From Azolla caroliniana (lineage: Eukaryota; Plantae; Polypodiophyta), in assembly GCA_043228905.1 (NCBI GenBank), contig JBHGNT010000004.1, positions 11,284,001-11,348,000 on the forward strand: a stretch of DNA of 64,000 nucleotides, read 5' to 3'. The notes under the pieces are model-generated. The model ran no database searches, had not been told where the DNA came from, and saw only the letters and a program-made list of their open reading frames with translations. Of the stretch, positions 49,654-63,634 are shown piece by piece. The translations under genes and the position numbers were made by a program. The first letter of the stretch is position 1, and each line of letters begins with the position of its first letter.

Positions 49654-51076
49654 CGAACCCTTCTTCGAATCGGCATTGTGGGTTCCTTTCTCTTTCCGAA
49701 AATGTCGATAGTTCTTCTGGAAGTGCCCCAGCTTCCCACAGTAGAAGCAAGTAGGCCTCCCCCTTCACTTTGACCTCGTCCCCAATTTGTCCCGGTTTTG
49801 GGAACTCCGATACCGGCCTCTTCCCCGGTTGTGGTCATCTTCCGTAACCAAGGCCCTCGGATCAGTTCCAGACTCCCAGTCCTTTCGGTGAGCTTCTTCA
49901 TCTAGCAAGCTTGATTTTACCCTTGCTAGGGACAACTGCTTTCCTTCTGGCCCATCGTTGCCCAACGTGACAACTAACATCTCACAACTATCCAAGAAGG
50001 AACCGAGCAGGAGCAATGCGAGTACCTCATCCACGAGAGGTACTTCCAACGAGGTGGCTTGGTGTATTAGCCCCTGGAAGGCATTCATGCACTCCGCCAT
50101 ACTAGAGTCATCTTGGAACAGAAGCCTCAGTAACTTCTGGAATACCGAAACCCGATTAACAACATTTTTGTTCTGGAACATGATCTCGATCTTCTCCTAG
50201 AGTTCATGAGCCTTTCTTTCTGAATCATTGAAGTTGTTGTACAGGCTCATGTCAATGAAGGACCGAATGTACGCCATCGTCTTCATGTGCATCACCTCCC
50301 ATGTCGCGACATCGATCTTATCTGGTTTCTTGTCCCCGAACTATACCAGCAACCAAAGATCTTTAACCACCAACATGTCCCTCATCATCGACTTCCACAC
50401 TGAGTAGTTGGAACCGGTGAGCTTGAACATGCCGCCGAACGACTCTTCCATTTCCTCTGGTGTTCGCTCTGATACCATTGTGTAGGAAATATTGTGGAAT
50501 ACTGCTCAGCCACAACCGAATCTTGAATCACTTCAATGAGAATCAAACACAGAAATGGGAAGTAGGGAATGAACGCACGTACGCAAAACAATGATAGAGA
50601 ACACATGATGTTTACGTGGAAAACCCTAATCGGGAAAAACCACGGGAGCCCATAGACTCTGAACCATCACCATATGAGAGGAAATACAAAGTGGGAACAC
50701 AGAAGCAATGACCTCGTGCTCGCGATATTCGCCAGACGACGGTTACAATAGATAGTGCTCGTAGCTACTCTCTCGCTCTCTCACTCTCTCTGTCGCTCTC
50801 TGTATACAACAATATACAACAACAACCGCATAAAGTGATTGCCCTAAGTCATATTTATACTTATATGAATTTAGGGCTATTTACAAATATAGCCTCTATG
50901 GGATCACCATGAAACATATTTACACATATGTCCTTGGATCCGGTTTGCACCGGATCCATCCGGATTCACTCGATCCGATTTCCGGGTCTCATCTGGAACC
51001 CTTCAAGATCCGGTTCCTTCATCCAGCTCCTCTGGTTCTCATCCGGATCCCATCTAGAGGGACCGAATTCCCAACA
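49654..51076 (-). mobile_element. Copia Y2: 5' LTR (about 50479-51076), iMet PBS (50466-50477), gag fragment
   Basis: Minus-strand TGGTATCAGAGC; MEESFGGMFKLTGSNYSVW gag; LTR similar to Y1. Confidence 0.87.
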
Positions 51077-52068
51077 GTCGGCAAGAGGTACTTGTAAAGA
51101 GGTGGTTTAGTTTATGAGTCCTTGGAAGGCATTCAGATGCTCCACCATGCTGGAGCCATTCTGATACTGGATTCTCACGAACTTTCGAAATACTGAGACT
51201 CTGTTGACAACATTCTTGTTCTCAAACATTATGTTGATCTTCTTGCAGAGGATATCCACCTTGGTCTCTTCGTTGAATTTGTTATATAGAATTATGTCTA
51301 TTAAACATCTTATGTAAGCAGTCGTCTTCACATGCATAACTTCACAGGTTGGTGCATCTCTCTTGTTTGGCTTTTTATCTCCGAATTGCACCAGTAGCCA
51401 AAGGTCTTTGGATACCAATATATCTCTCATCTTTGACTTCAACACTGAGTAGTTGGAGCCGGTTAGCTTGAACATTCCACCGAATGAGTCTTCCATTTTC
51501 TTTCACTTGAGGTTATGAACCTCGCTCTGATACCAGTTTGATAGAAAATAGTTCTCAGCTGCAACCAAGTTCCAAGCACAAGATGAAAACTATATATATA
51601 TATATATATGTTAACGTGGAAAACCCTAATAGACAAAAACCATGGGAATTCTCTAACTCCAAATAATCACTATAGTAAGGAAGAAGTACACATGAGAATA
51701 TAAGGCAACAAACTTATGCTCCTCTTCGTCAAACTAACGGTTACAATAGAGTTATCACTATCTGTCTATCGCTCTCCCTCTCTACCTTGTATGTTACAAT
51801 GATTACCAACACTACAACAAACAACTCACTATAATGTTTTTGTCCTAGTTATATTTATACTCATACAACTTTTGGGCTATTAACAATCTTGGCCCAAATA
51901 CGCGTGACCACACCTATTTACAATACTGGCCTTTTTCGGTTGTTGATCTGGATCTGGTCCGTGTACCGATCTAGGTCCAGGTCTGGTTCTAGATCCAATT
52001 CTTCATCCTTAGGTCTAGCTAATCCGGCTCATGCATACTTCCCATCCGGAGGAACCTATTTCCTAACA
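51077..52068 (-). mobile_element. Copia Y3: 5' LTR (51539-52068), iMet PBS (51524-51535), gag fragment interrupted by Y2
   Basis: ORF 51107..51496 MEDSFGGMFKLTGSNY; LTR TGATAG...CTAACA. Confidence 0.87.
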
Positions 52069-52220
52069 TCAACACATTGTGCTATTATCACTATCAGGTA
52101 TATAATGCCGTTATAGCTATTATAGCTATTAAACACTTTTGAAGCTAAATACCTATTCAAAACACATTTTTGCTATTATCACTATCAAGTATTTTAGCTA
52201 TTAAATCTATTATCCACTAA

Positions 52221-54499
52221 TGTAGGCGCCTCTTATGCATTGGTGACACTTGGCACTCATGCACCCATCTTCATCATGTATAAAAAGGGGGGATGAGTAA
52301 TCTTAGTGGGGGGGAATCACAGTAGACATGAAATACTACTGTAATTAGTTAGGCAAAAATACTATTGTAATCATCTTGGAATTATCAACACAAGCTATTT
52401 CGTTTCTCCTCTTTCTTTGACAAGAAGCCCAATGCTTACTTCCTAGATTCACAATTTTCTTTTCCGTTGCACACTTATGCCGTGATCAACATCCCATTGT
52501 CTCTTAGATGTCCTCCTTGAGATATGGGAGAACTTGTTGGCAATAGTCCGTGGCCATTATGACAATATGCATGGTTCCCTAGAGATTGTGAACAAGAGAA
52601 GGAAGAAGCTTCTTCACTTATGGAAAACGTTGCCTCAGTTTACAAAGTCAACTCAAGGGCGTCAATGGCACTATCTACTTCCATGGACCCTTTCTTGAAT
52701 ATCAGTAAATCATGGCAGTGTACATCAGCAAATTCCAACACCTTCTACAAAGTCCTATCTTTGGTCTTAGGATTATTGTACATCATTGTACATAAAAAGT
52801 TGTAAGCTTCTGGGCAGACAAGTCCAAGTTGTAGCCTTTGGGCATTTTTTCTTAATACTATTGAGGAAAATCTTTGGAAAAAAAAAAGTATTGTTAACTG
52901 GCTAAATGTATTGGATGAAGCCTGTGGACCCATTCATGTTTGTAACATGAACCATCTATTTGAATAGGGAGCATTAGAGGATTCAAGAATTATCATGTTC
53001 ACTTTCTCTTTCAATAGTTTTATGAACTTTGGAATCTGGGCCTGTGAAATGGTGGTTGAAGGGTAGAAAGATGGTGGAAAGGCTAGTAAGAGAGAACATG
53101 TATATAAAAATATAAAAAGATATCAATTTAATAAATGAATATAGCCCAAGTGGTTACTATTTTCTATTGTGTGAAAAAGGTTAGAAGTTTGGAGTCCTAG
53201 TGGGGGTAAAAGTAATTGGCCTCCTACATGCCCTCTTGATTCACTACCTTGTATTAAACTATTTTCATGAAGTCTAGGTCTTGATTCTCCAAACCATCAT
53301 CCTTAGTAGTAAGGTCTCTTCCTCCTTTTATAGTTCTTGTGATTCCTCTTAGTGAAATAGAACTTGTAGTATGAGTCAAGAGTTGTCACTAATAGTCGAC
53401 TTTCACAAAAAGTGCATTATTCATTTAGATTTAGTGTAAACCTCATTCTTATGTTGTGTATTTTCGATCACCTTTCCCCCTTCTTTTTCCCCTAACAATT
53501 TCTAACTCTTATCCTTAATTGTTCAAGTGGTTAGGTCCACGCGAGCCATCTTTAGTCTTAGTTTAATCTTCATCTATTCTCAACGCCATCCATTTACATT
53601 TACCATAACCTTAACCTCTTAACAAACTTGGGTTTTGGGCGCTTTTCATCTTTCATACATGTCACATTACAACAAAAGTACCCTTCACGTGTTACTTTTG
53701 CACTTTTGCCATGGGAAATTTTATTGGGGAAAGTGTTCGGCTATTTACTTTTTAAGTGTTTCCTTCATGAGATGGCTTCAAATTTTTTCTTTTTTTTCTT
53801 TTTTTCCAACATTAGGGAAAGCACTCAAGTAAACTCTTCGAGAGCCCATCGAGTATTTATGTGGGTAAATCTCTTCAAATTTTCTATTCATTTGTTCCCG
53901 ACAACTGCTTTATTCATGTAAAACCTTCTTGTAAGGTTCTCAAGTAATTTAGTTACCTTGTTGCTTAGAATTTTGTGTCAAAAGTGTTTGCATCAAACCT
54001 TATTCCCCTTGCATTAAACAATCTTTAGTTCTAGTTTGATCTTCATCTTTTCTCAACTCCGTTCACTTACATTTACCATAACCTTAACCTCTCGGCTCTT
54101 ATCAAACTTGGTTTTGGACATGTTTCTCTTTTATACATGTCACATCACAACAACTTTCTTTTTGCATGTATACTTCACGTGTTACTTTCTCATGTTTGCC
54201 TTGGGAAAACTAATTGGGGAAAGTGTTGGGATATTTACTTTTCAAGTTTTTCCTTCATGAGATGGCTTCAAGTATTTTCATTCAAGGATTCATACATTCG
54301 GGAAAGCGCTCAAGTAAACTCTTTGAGAACCCTTAGAGTATTATGTTGCTAATCTCTTCAAAGAAAAAAACATTTGGTTCCTTCAACCATTTTATTCATT
54401 TAAAACCTTCTTGTAAGGTTCTCAAGTAAATTCTTTGCCTTGTCGCTTTGAATTTTGTGTCAAAGTGTTTGTCTCAAACCTTATTCCTCCCGCATTACA
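52221..54499 (+). mobile_element. Probable long solo LTR with an approximately 470-bp tandem duplication at its 3' end
   Basis: TGTAGGCG...CGCATTACA ends, flanking CTAA/CTAA, TATAAAAG at about 52279; repeat units about 53547-54018 and 54019-54499. Confidence 0.6.
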
Positions 54500-57400
54500 C
54501 TAAGACACAATTTATTAAGTTTTCTAAAATATGCTTAGACTATGATCTAAATGTGGTTATAACTTATAATAGCCTTGTGGATAAGAATAAACCTTAATTA
54601 ATCTTCTCTTCCTCTTTCTAATCAAAGCATGGTTGATGTCATTACTCATAATTCCGTTTTTTCATGTATATGTCTAACTCTTATCCCTTTACAGGCACTA
54701 TTTTACTTATTAATTAGAGTTGTATTTGTGGGAGGCAAGTAAGATTTTGTGAGGTTAGGATATGCAAAGTTAGCGACAACCACCCTTGTGTTACTGGCTA
54801 TCGATAAGGAATATGGAGATAGCCTCTATATTACAATATTGTCATAGAGGTATAACTTCATGGTACAAATACATGCAGTTAGTGCGAACACCTTGAGATG
54901 ACATTGAGTCTATTATTGGCAAAAAAATGTTATCGAAAATTAGTTTCTACAACCTTGAACTTGCAAGAGTGATGGAAAAGCATATGTAATTTATAGTCAT
55001 TCCCCTTTGGTAACAAGTTGCCACAACAAAAGTTACTAATGAAATACATAAGCTTCATTAGACATAAAGACATGAAGTAATAATATAGGTAGTAGGAGGC
55101 AAAAACTATTTACATAGGTAGGGGGACATTAAGGTATGGAAAGAATGATTTTGGGAAATAAAGGGAAATTCTCAAGTTACCAACTACTTCTACAGTCAAA
55201 AGCCTTCCCGTATACCCTCATTTTGATTTCCTTGAAATTCCATCAGCCAAAAAATTGTGGCCCTCAATTCTTTAAAAAAACCTTTCCAAAGACAAAGAAG
55301 AAGATGCAATCCCTCACAATACATTCTTCAGAAGTAGAAGAAAAAGCTCCACAACATTTTTCTTTTCTTTCCCTTTTTCTATAATTACAGTATTTTTATT
55401 GTTTTCATGAGAGGTCACATACCTCAATGTGTGGCCTTCTTTTCCATTACTAAATAATATTCAATTACAATAGAAAACCTATTTATACAGGGAGAGAGAT
55501 ATTAAGATGAGGAAAGAAAGAAAGAGGAGAAGGAAAGGGAAACTCTCAAGCATGGCATTTCAAATAATGATCAACACCAGTGTTGCCTTTTGATGGCCGT
55601 TTTGACCGTTTTTGGCAAATTTAAATGTATATGAAGGTTAATTTAAAAATGAAACCATCAATCTTGACGGGCATATGTTTTATGAAAACGTAAAAATGAG
55701 GGCTTAAAATTTCCTAATACCGTCAAATTTTGCTAAGACCAATACAATAGTATTATAGTCCTAGCCTTTAGGAACAATGTTAACGTTCTGGACCCCGGTT
55801 GCATTGGAACTTTATTTAGTTTGGATAAAAAAAAAGGTAAACAAACTAATGTTTCTCTAGATTCTAAATTATGAATCTCCTCTTCCCGAATCCCCTTCTA
55901 AGACTTTCCTTTCCCTTTTCCCCCCTCCCCCTTTCCCCCTTTTTCCCCCTTTTCTCCCTTTTTCCCTTGTTTGTTCATTGCTCGGAGCTCCCTCAGCCAT
56001 GCACCTTGTTGGAAGCTTGTTGCTCACCATCCCTACTCGAAGGTTGTTGCTCGTTGCCTACTACTCATAGATTCAACAACATCTCTTGCTCCCCCATCTA
56101 AGGTAGCTCTCTCTCTCTCTCTCTCAATGAACCCAATGGTCATAACACCATGCACAATGATGGTGTTCACTACTTGCAATTTATCCATATGCTTTTATAT
56201 AGTGATATGGGGTGATGCTTCATTACTACAAAGTTTTTGTTGTCCTCAACATAGTTCGTTTAATTGTTTGCTTTTGTATCTAATAATGATTAAATAAGAT
56301 CAATGTTGGTTAGTAATTCTTAATCAAGGTCGGTGTTTGGGATTAAAAAACTCTGTTGAGCCCAAATATACTGGATCCGCCTCCATTTCTGTTATCTTGT
56401 TGACCTTCAACTTCTTGGTCGCTATATCCACATTAACCCATGCATGTAAGCTTTGCCTCTCTATCATTTTTTGCAATTCATTTGCTTCTTCACTTGTACG
56501 ATATAGTGAAAATGGAGAAATTTGATATATTCTACAATCCTAGTCTCAAAGACTCTGCAAGGCCAGTCAGATTCTTTGTGGTACTAAAACTTTCGATATA
56601 TTTTGATCAATTGATTTGTGATTGTGGTGAGGACTCATACCTTGAGGCACAACGGTTGTCCTATCAACATTACCTTACTTTGTTGAATAGTTACCAAGCT
56701 CAATATTGTTTTGCAAATACTTGAAAACTGAATCCTTGAAAAATCAAATTTGAATACAGTGCCTCATCATAAGTTAAGATAGCTTACTGTATTCAAATTT
56801 GATTTTCTTTTTCAGAAGTGTTTCTGACCTTTACCTTTCCTGCATTGCCAATACAGAACTTATGAATGAAATAAGTAGATAGGACCCATTCTATATATTG
56901 CTTGTTCAGAGCATATATGTACAGAGATCAAAGTTGGCTCTCAAAGACATGATTGACCTCATTCCTCAATCTTTGATATAGAGCTTCTAGGAAAAAATTA
57001 ACAGCATGTCATAATTTGGCATTCGAAGCCAAGAGAGACTGAATCTTCTTAGAGGCCGCTAGGAAACTTAATATAGCACATTCTACATTTGGACCTAAAC
57101 AAAAATCCCCACAAACTGCAATACCACATTGTTTTGCTATTCTTGAATTCTTTGTTCTCTTTCAACTTCTTGGTTTGCTCTCTTGTCACGCCTTTTCTGG
57201 GCTTTCATTGGTTTTAGAGGTTGAGTTCCAGATGAAGTAAAAATACCACCAAATTCTTTTACTAGTCCATCAAAATCGGTATTGCTCTCCTCTTTAAGGG
57301 CAGAAGTTTGGAAATTTCTTCTTGGCTGCTGTGTAGTAGATAGCACACACTTAGAGTGTGTTGCAATTTGAAAGGCTCACAGATGTCAATCTCTTAACCT

Positions 57401-57725
57401 TAGCTAATCTCTCATATTTCATACAAAGTTTATATGACCCTTGTTTGTGGAGTTGTGATAGTAACATGCTAATATGGACATATGACTAAGTTTTGGATGC
57501 TTGGAGTTGTATGTCATTACTCATATCTTAGAGATTATCCTTTTCGCTTCAAGGTATAATCAACAAAGTATGATCTTTTTGCCAAAGAGAATTATATTCA
57601 TGTAAAATCTCATTGCTCAATAGGTCATAACTAATATGTATGGGTTTAATGATGCTAATGATTGTTTTGAACTGATGGCATGATCTTTTCTTACATTATC
57701 CATTTCTTCTTATTCAGTATAATTA

Positions 57726-58744
57726 TGGCTCCCAAAAGAAAAAATCAACGAACCATTAGTGCAATGTTTGCATGGAAACCATCGAACGATACAAATGACA
57801 TAAACATAAACAATGACTTAAATGAGGATATGGATTTGTTCGAGACTGATTTAGAGAGTTTAACTCAAGAGAGTTGTTCCTCTAAAACCAAAGAAAAGCC
57901 TAAGAGAAAATTCCGTGATGCATGGAGAGATAAATTCCTAAGGATACGATGCATTATGCAAGGAGAGAAAACATTAGTGAAATGTACATGGTGTGAGAAA
58001 TACGCTAGTCGTGGGCCTTGGGGTGTTGGTTCTGGATGCATTACTTTGCAACTTGATGCAATTTTGACCCATGTTAACTCAAGTGGTCATAAATTATGCG
58101 CATCAAAGTGGATGTGTGATGTTGAAGGAAAAGCAATGTCCATCCCAAAGCATGTATCACAATTGGATGATATTAACAAAAATAAGGTCATAACAACAAT
58201 GGAACTCGTGTACTTTATTGCAAAAAAAGATTTGTCTATCACTACATACCAAGAATTATGTGATTTGGCTATGCTACTAGAGGTGCCTAATATGCCTAAG
58301 AAACATGATTATATATCTTATACTAGTAGATATGGTGGATATGAATTTTTGGTTGCCTTTGGGAAATATCTTCTAGAAATTCAAAGCTCAAACCTAATAA
58401 ATTCCCCATACTACTCTTTGATGCAAGATGAAAGTACTCACAATGGATTAGAGTTGCATCTCATTGTGTATATAAGTGACGAGAAATATGCAGAATAATC
58501 TCCGGCCACAACCGAAGCATAAATCACTCAACGACAATCAAACACAGAAGAAATGGGAATGGAGGTAAGTACACAAACAAAAAGAGAATCCACAGGATGT
58601 TAACATGGAAAACCCTGAGAGGGAAAAACCACGGGAGTCCACAGACTCCAAACTCTCACTATGTCAAGGAGTACAACAAGGAGCACAGAGGCAATGACCT
58701 CTTGCTCATGATCTTCGCCTGGCGGCGGTTACAACAGAGACATG

Positions 58745-58785
<41 letters not shown>

Positions 58786-61732
58786 CAGTCGTTACACCAA
58801 TGATACTATACGAAGATCATAACAACAACTATATATATATATATCACATTGTTTGCCCTAGGTCACATTTATACTAATATGACATTAGGACTATTTACAG
58901 ATATAGCCCCAATGGGTTCTCACAAACATATCTACATATATGTCCCTTCATCCGGTGAGAGGTTCTCACCGGGCCTACAACACCCGGTTCTCACCGGGTC
59001 TTCCTTGTCGGGTACTCGTCATCCGGTTCTCTCCGGGTCTTCCTTGCCGGGTACTCGTCATCCAGTTCTCACCAGGCCTGCATCATCCGGTTCTCACCAG
59101 GCCTGCATCATCTAGTTCTCACCGGGTCTTCCTTGCCGGGTACACGTATCCCATCCGGAGGGACCGAGATCCTAAAAAACTCCCCCTTCACTCCGGCATG
59201 GGATGCCACGTCAGTCCAATTCGCTTCCGGCATGCGTCTAGCTTGTCGGGCATCAGCAGCTTGGTCAGCATATCCGACCCGTTCTCCTCCATGTGGATCT
59301 TCGTCAACACGAACTCTCGGTCTTCTACTCACTCCCGAATCCAGTGGTACCTCCGCTAGATGTGCTTCGTCCTGGAATGATATGATGCGTTCTTCGCAAG
59401 GTGGATGGCACTTTGACTATTGCAATAGAGCCGGTATTCCTCTTGCCGGATCCCTAGCTCTTTGATGAAGTCCTTCATCCATAGTATTTCCTTGTCGGCT
59501 TCCACAGCCGCCATGTACTCCGCTTCCTTGGTTGACAACGCAACCATCTTCTGCAACCTCGATTGCCACGAAACAGCTCCCCCCGCATATGTCATGACAT
59601 ATCCGGATGTTGACCGGCTGGTATCCGCATCAGCTAACATATCCAAATCGGTGAAACCGTCAAGTTGGGGTTTACCAGAGCCGAATCGGAGACACATACT
59701 TGAGGTGCCTTTCAAGTATCAGAGTATCCATATTACCGCATTCCAGTGCTCCTTGCTGGAATTGCTCATAAACCGGGCTCACCACTCCGACTACATATCC
59801 GATATCCAGTCGGGTACACACCATTGCGTACATTAGGCTCCCGTCGGCAAAGGCATATGGTATCTTCATCATATCTGCCTTCTTTGCCTTCGTCTTCGGG
59901 CTTTGCTTACCGGATAACTTGTAGTTTGCCGGAAGTGTCGATCCAACCAGTTTTGCATCTGACATGTTGAACCGCTGAAGCACCTTTGTCACGTACTTCT
60001 CCTGTGACAACCAGAATTGCTTTGTCGACCGGTCCTGGATGATATGCATCCCAAGCATTTGTCTTGTCGGACCCAAGTCTTTCATTGAGAAGGTAGGGTT
60101 CAGGGCCTTCTTCAACATCCGTATCTTGACTTGGTCTAGTCTGACGATCAACATGTTGTCCAGGTACAAAAGGAGTATCAAGCAGTCTCCACCTTCTAAC
60201 TTCTTCACAAATACGCAGTGATCGGCCTGCGTCTTGTGGTACCCTTGATCGGTCATGAAGGAGTTGAACTTCCGGTACCATTGCCGGGGAGCCTGCTTCA
60301 ACCCGTAGAGGCTCTTTTTAAACCGGCAAACCAGTTGCTTCTTCCCTTTCTTCACAAATCCCTTCGGTTGCTGCATGTAGATCTCCTCTTTGAGGTCGCC
60401 GTGGAGGAACGTCGTCTTCACGTCTAACTACTCTACCTCGAGGTCCATGCTTGCCGCTATGCTCAGCACCATCCGGATGGAAGTCATCTTTACTACCGGG
60501 GCAAATATCTCGTCGAAGTCCACGGCCTTCTTCTGTTGGAACCCCTTCACCACGATCCTGGCTTTGTACCTTGCAGGGTTGCCAGCATCTCCCGGTTTCA
60601 ACTTGTACACCTAGTTGTTTCGGAGTGCCCTCTTTCCTTTCGGCAATTCCACCAATTCATACGTGTGGTTCTCATGCAAGGAATCCATCTCGTCTTGCAT
60701 GACACTCAACCACTTGCGGCTATGGGTGTCATCTTTCGCTTCTTCGAAGCTTTCCGACTCCCCCTCATCGGTCAGCAGCATATGCTCTACATCCGGAAAT
60801 CTTCGGGGGCCCTTCTCTATTTGTTCTTCATCCCAATCCAATTCGAGGTCTTGACCAATTCCAGTTTCAGCTTCCTCTGCTTCTTCTTCTGCCGGTTCAG
60901 TATCCTCACCGTAACCGGCCGGTTCCTCGAGTGTCAACCGGCTCTTAGCCGGGTTGGTCCGAATCCCATTGGAGTTCATTATCTTCTTCTCCGACTCCCA
61001 GTCGGCAAGAGTCTTGTCCTCCATGAAGATAATTTCTCGGCTCCGGAAAACCTTCTTGTCAACCGGATCCCACACTCGGTAGCTGAACTCATCATCACCA
61101 TATCCGAGGAATATGCATGGCCGGGTCCTTGGATCCAACTTTCCTCTCCGGTCCTTAGCAACATGCACGTACACGAGACACCCGAACACCATCAGATGCC
61201 AGTAGGACACTTCCTTACCGGTCCACACCTTTTGCAGCGTGTCTCCATCCAAGGGCATTGAGGGTGATCTGTTTATCACATACATCGTTGTTGACAGCAC
61301 CTTAGCCCAAAACGTCACGAAGTACTGCGCTCCAGCATGGGACTTCGTGTCCACTTGACACACATCGCTATGCACCAACTCCAATGGTGCATTACGTCTC
61401 ATCGGTGTCCTTGATCGGAAGGAGGTCCGGTTTTGCTTACCGGTTAGGTAGTTGATGCACCTCTCAAGATGCGGAATAATCTCCAGCCACAACCGAAGCA
61501 TAGATCACTCGATGACAATCAAACACAGAAGAAATGGGAATGGAGGTAAGTACACAAACAGAAAGAGAATACACAAGATGTTAACGTGGAAAACCCTGAG
61601 ACGGAAAAACCACAGGAGTCCACAAACTCCAAACTCTCACTATGTCAAGGAGTACAACAGGGAACACAGAGGCAACGACCTCTTGCTCACGATCTTCGCC
61701 TGGCGGCGGTTACAACAGAGACATGGTCTGTA

Positions 61733-61770
<38 letters not shown>

Positions 61771-63634
61771 CAATCGTTACACCAATGATACTATATGAAG
61801 ATCATAACAACAACTATATATATATCACACTGTTTGCCCTAGGTCACATTTATACTAATATGACATTAGGACTATTTACAGATATAGCCCCAATGGGTTC
61901 TCAAAAACATATCTACATATATGTCCCTTCATCCGGTGAGAGGTTCTCACTGGGACTGCAACACCCGGTTCTCACCGGGTCTTCCTTGCCGGGTACTCGT
62001 CATCCAGTTCTCACCGGGCCTGCATCATCCGGTTCTCATCGGGCTTGCGTCATCTAGTTCTCACCGGGCCTTCAACATCCGGTTCTCACCGGGTCTTCCT
62101 TGCTGGGTACACGTATCCCATCCGGAGGGACCGAGATCCTAACAGTTACATACTTGCAATGTGGTGGTTGTGGGCCTAAGCAAATTGAATATATGGGTTT
62201 GCTGAAAATTCCCAATGGTAAATGTAGAGCTATATATGAACATGTTAAGCATCTATTAGGCAATTGATGCCTCAACATGAACAAGTTGATTGGATTAGCA
62301 ACTGATGGTGCGTCATCAATGATTGGTAGTGAAATTGGAACAGTAACATTAATGAAAAATGATATCCCAAATTTGGTTGGTGTACATTGTATTGCTCATA
62401 GAGAAGCATTGGTTATTTCATATGTATCTAAAGATATCCGTGAGCTCATTCTTGTAGAAAAAATTGCAAATAAGGTATATGCATGGGCTAACAATAGTAC
62501 CAAAAGGACACATGAAATTTTAGAGCTCTTGGAACAAATGCAATTGGATGCTCATAGACCCTTACAAATTCATAATATTTGTTGGTTTTGACGTGGTCAA
62601 GTCATGGAAAGACTAATGAGTATAATGCCTGCAATACTTACTATTTGGAAGAAAGAGAACTTAAACGAGTGGTATAATAAAGCTTGTATCTATAGTGTGC
62701 AATTTTGCTTTTGTATGATGGCTGATGTGTTGCATTTGATGAATATTTTGAGCTTGAAACTTCAAAAAGAGAATTTGGATGTAACTTCAATTGGTGTAGA
62801 AATTGATATTACTATTTCTAATTTGCGGAGGTCTTTCTTGAGAAATGACACATTTGCGGATGGAACAATGTATTTATCCAAGTTCTTATGATGTTCTAAA
62901 GTTGGGTTTTTGGAAATAGAGAATAAAGATGGCGTTACATATAGACATGAACTATACTTCAAACAAATTCCTATGGATAAAGCAAGTCCAAATGATACGA
63001 ATCCCAATATTGCAAAATCTAAGGGAATGAGGCCATTTATAAATGGATCACTTGAAAGTTGTATTAAACTATCTCAAAATTATGTGCAAAATATTATTGA
63101 TGGACTAAATGCAAGCTTCCTTGACTTAAGCATCTTCAATGCAACAAAATTATTCAGCCCATGCCATTATGCAAATGATGATGTGATTAGGGATAGTAAA
63201 ACAAAGACATGGTTGAGAATTTTGATTTCTCATTTACAACCAAATGTTGATGTCAATGCATGTCTTTAAATTTTACATGATGCAAAGGCTTGTGAAATGG
63301 AACTCTATAGGTTTGTTGACACTTTAAGTTTAAATTGTGAAGGCTATATTATGCATGAAGCTTGGCGTATGTTTTGCAAATGAAGGATTGGCAAGATAGT
63401 TTCCCTCATTTGATGAAATTATGGCCAACTACTTTGGTTATTCCGTCTAGCACAGTTTCATGTGAGAGAGGGTTCTCTAAGCAAAAACTCATCAAAGAGA
63501 TGAAAAGAAATCAATTGAATATCGAGCATTTAGATGATTTAATGCGAGTCTTATTGAATGGGCCACACATTGAAGAAATACAATGGGATCGTGTACATGA
63601 AATTTGGAAAGATGCAAAGGATACAAGGGTATAA
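57726..63634 (+). pseudogene. hAT transposase (ZNF862-like), split by copia Y1
   Basis: N-terminal CxxC...H...H zinc finger, MQDEST (D), LATDGASSM (D), HCIAHR, SCERGFS (E) with dimerization domain. Confidence 0.92.
58477..62144 (-). mobile_element. Copia Y1, deleted for PBS/gag/PR and part of IN
   Basis: LTRs 58477-59177 and about 61469-62144 with internal 23/39-bp CCGGTTCTCACCGGG repeats; PPT AAGGGGGAGTT; VHSDVC, YKARIVVKG, LYLDNM, SRTKHI motifs. Confidence 0.92.

Noticed and set aside
60536-61261. 241-aa plus-strand ORF
   Set aside because: Antisense shadow of copia Y1 IN-RT
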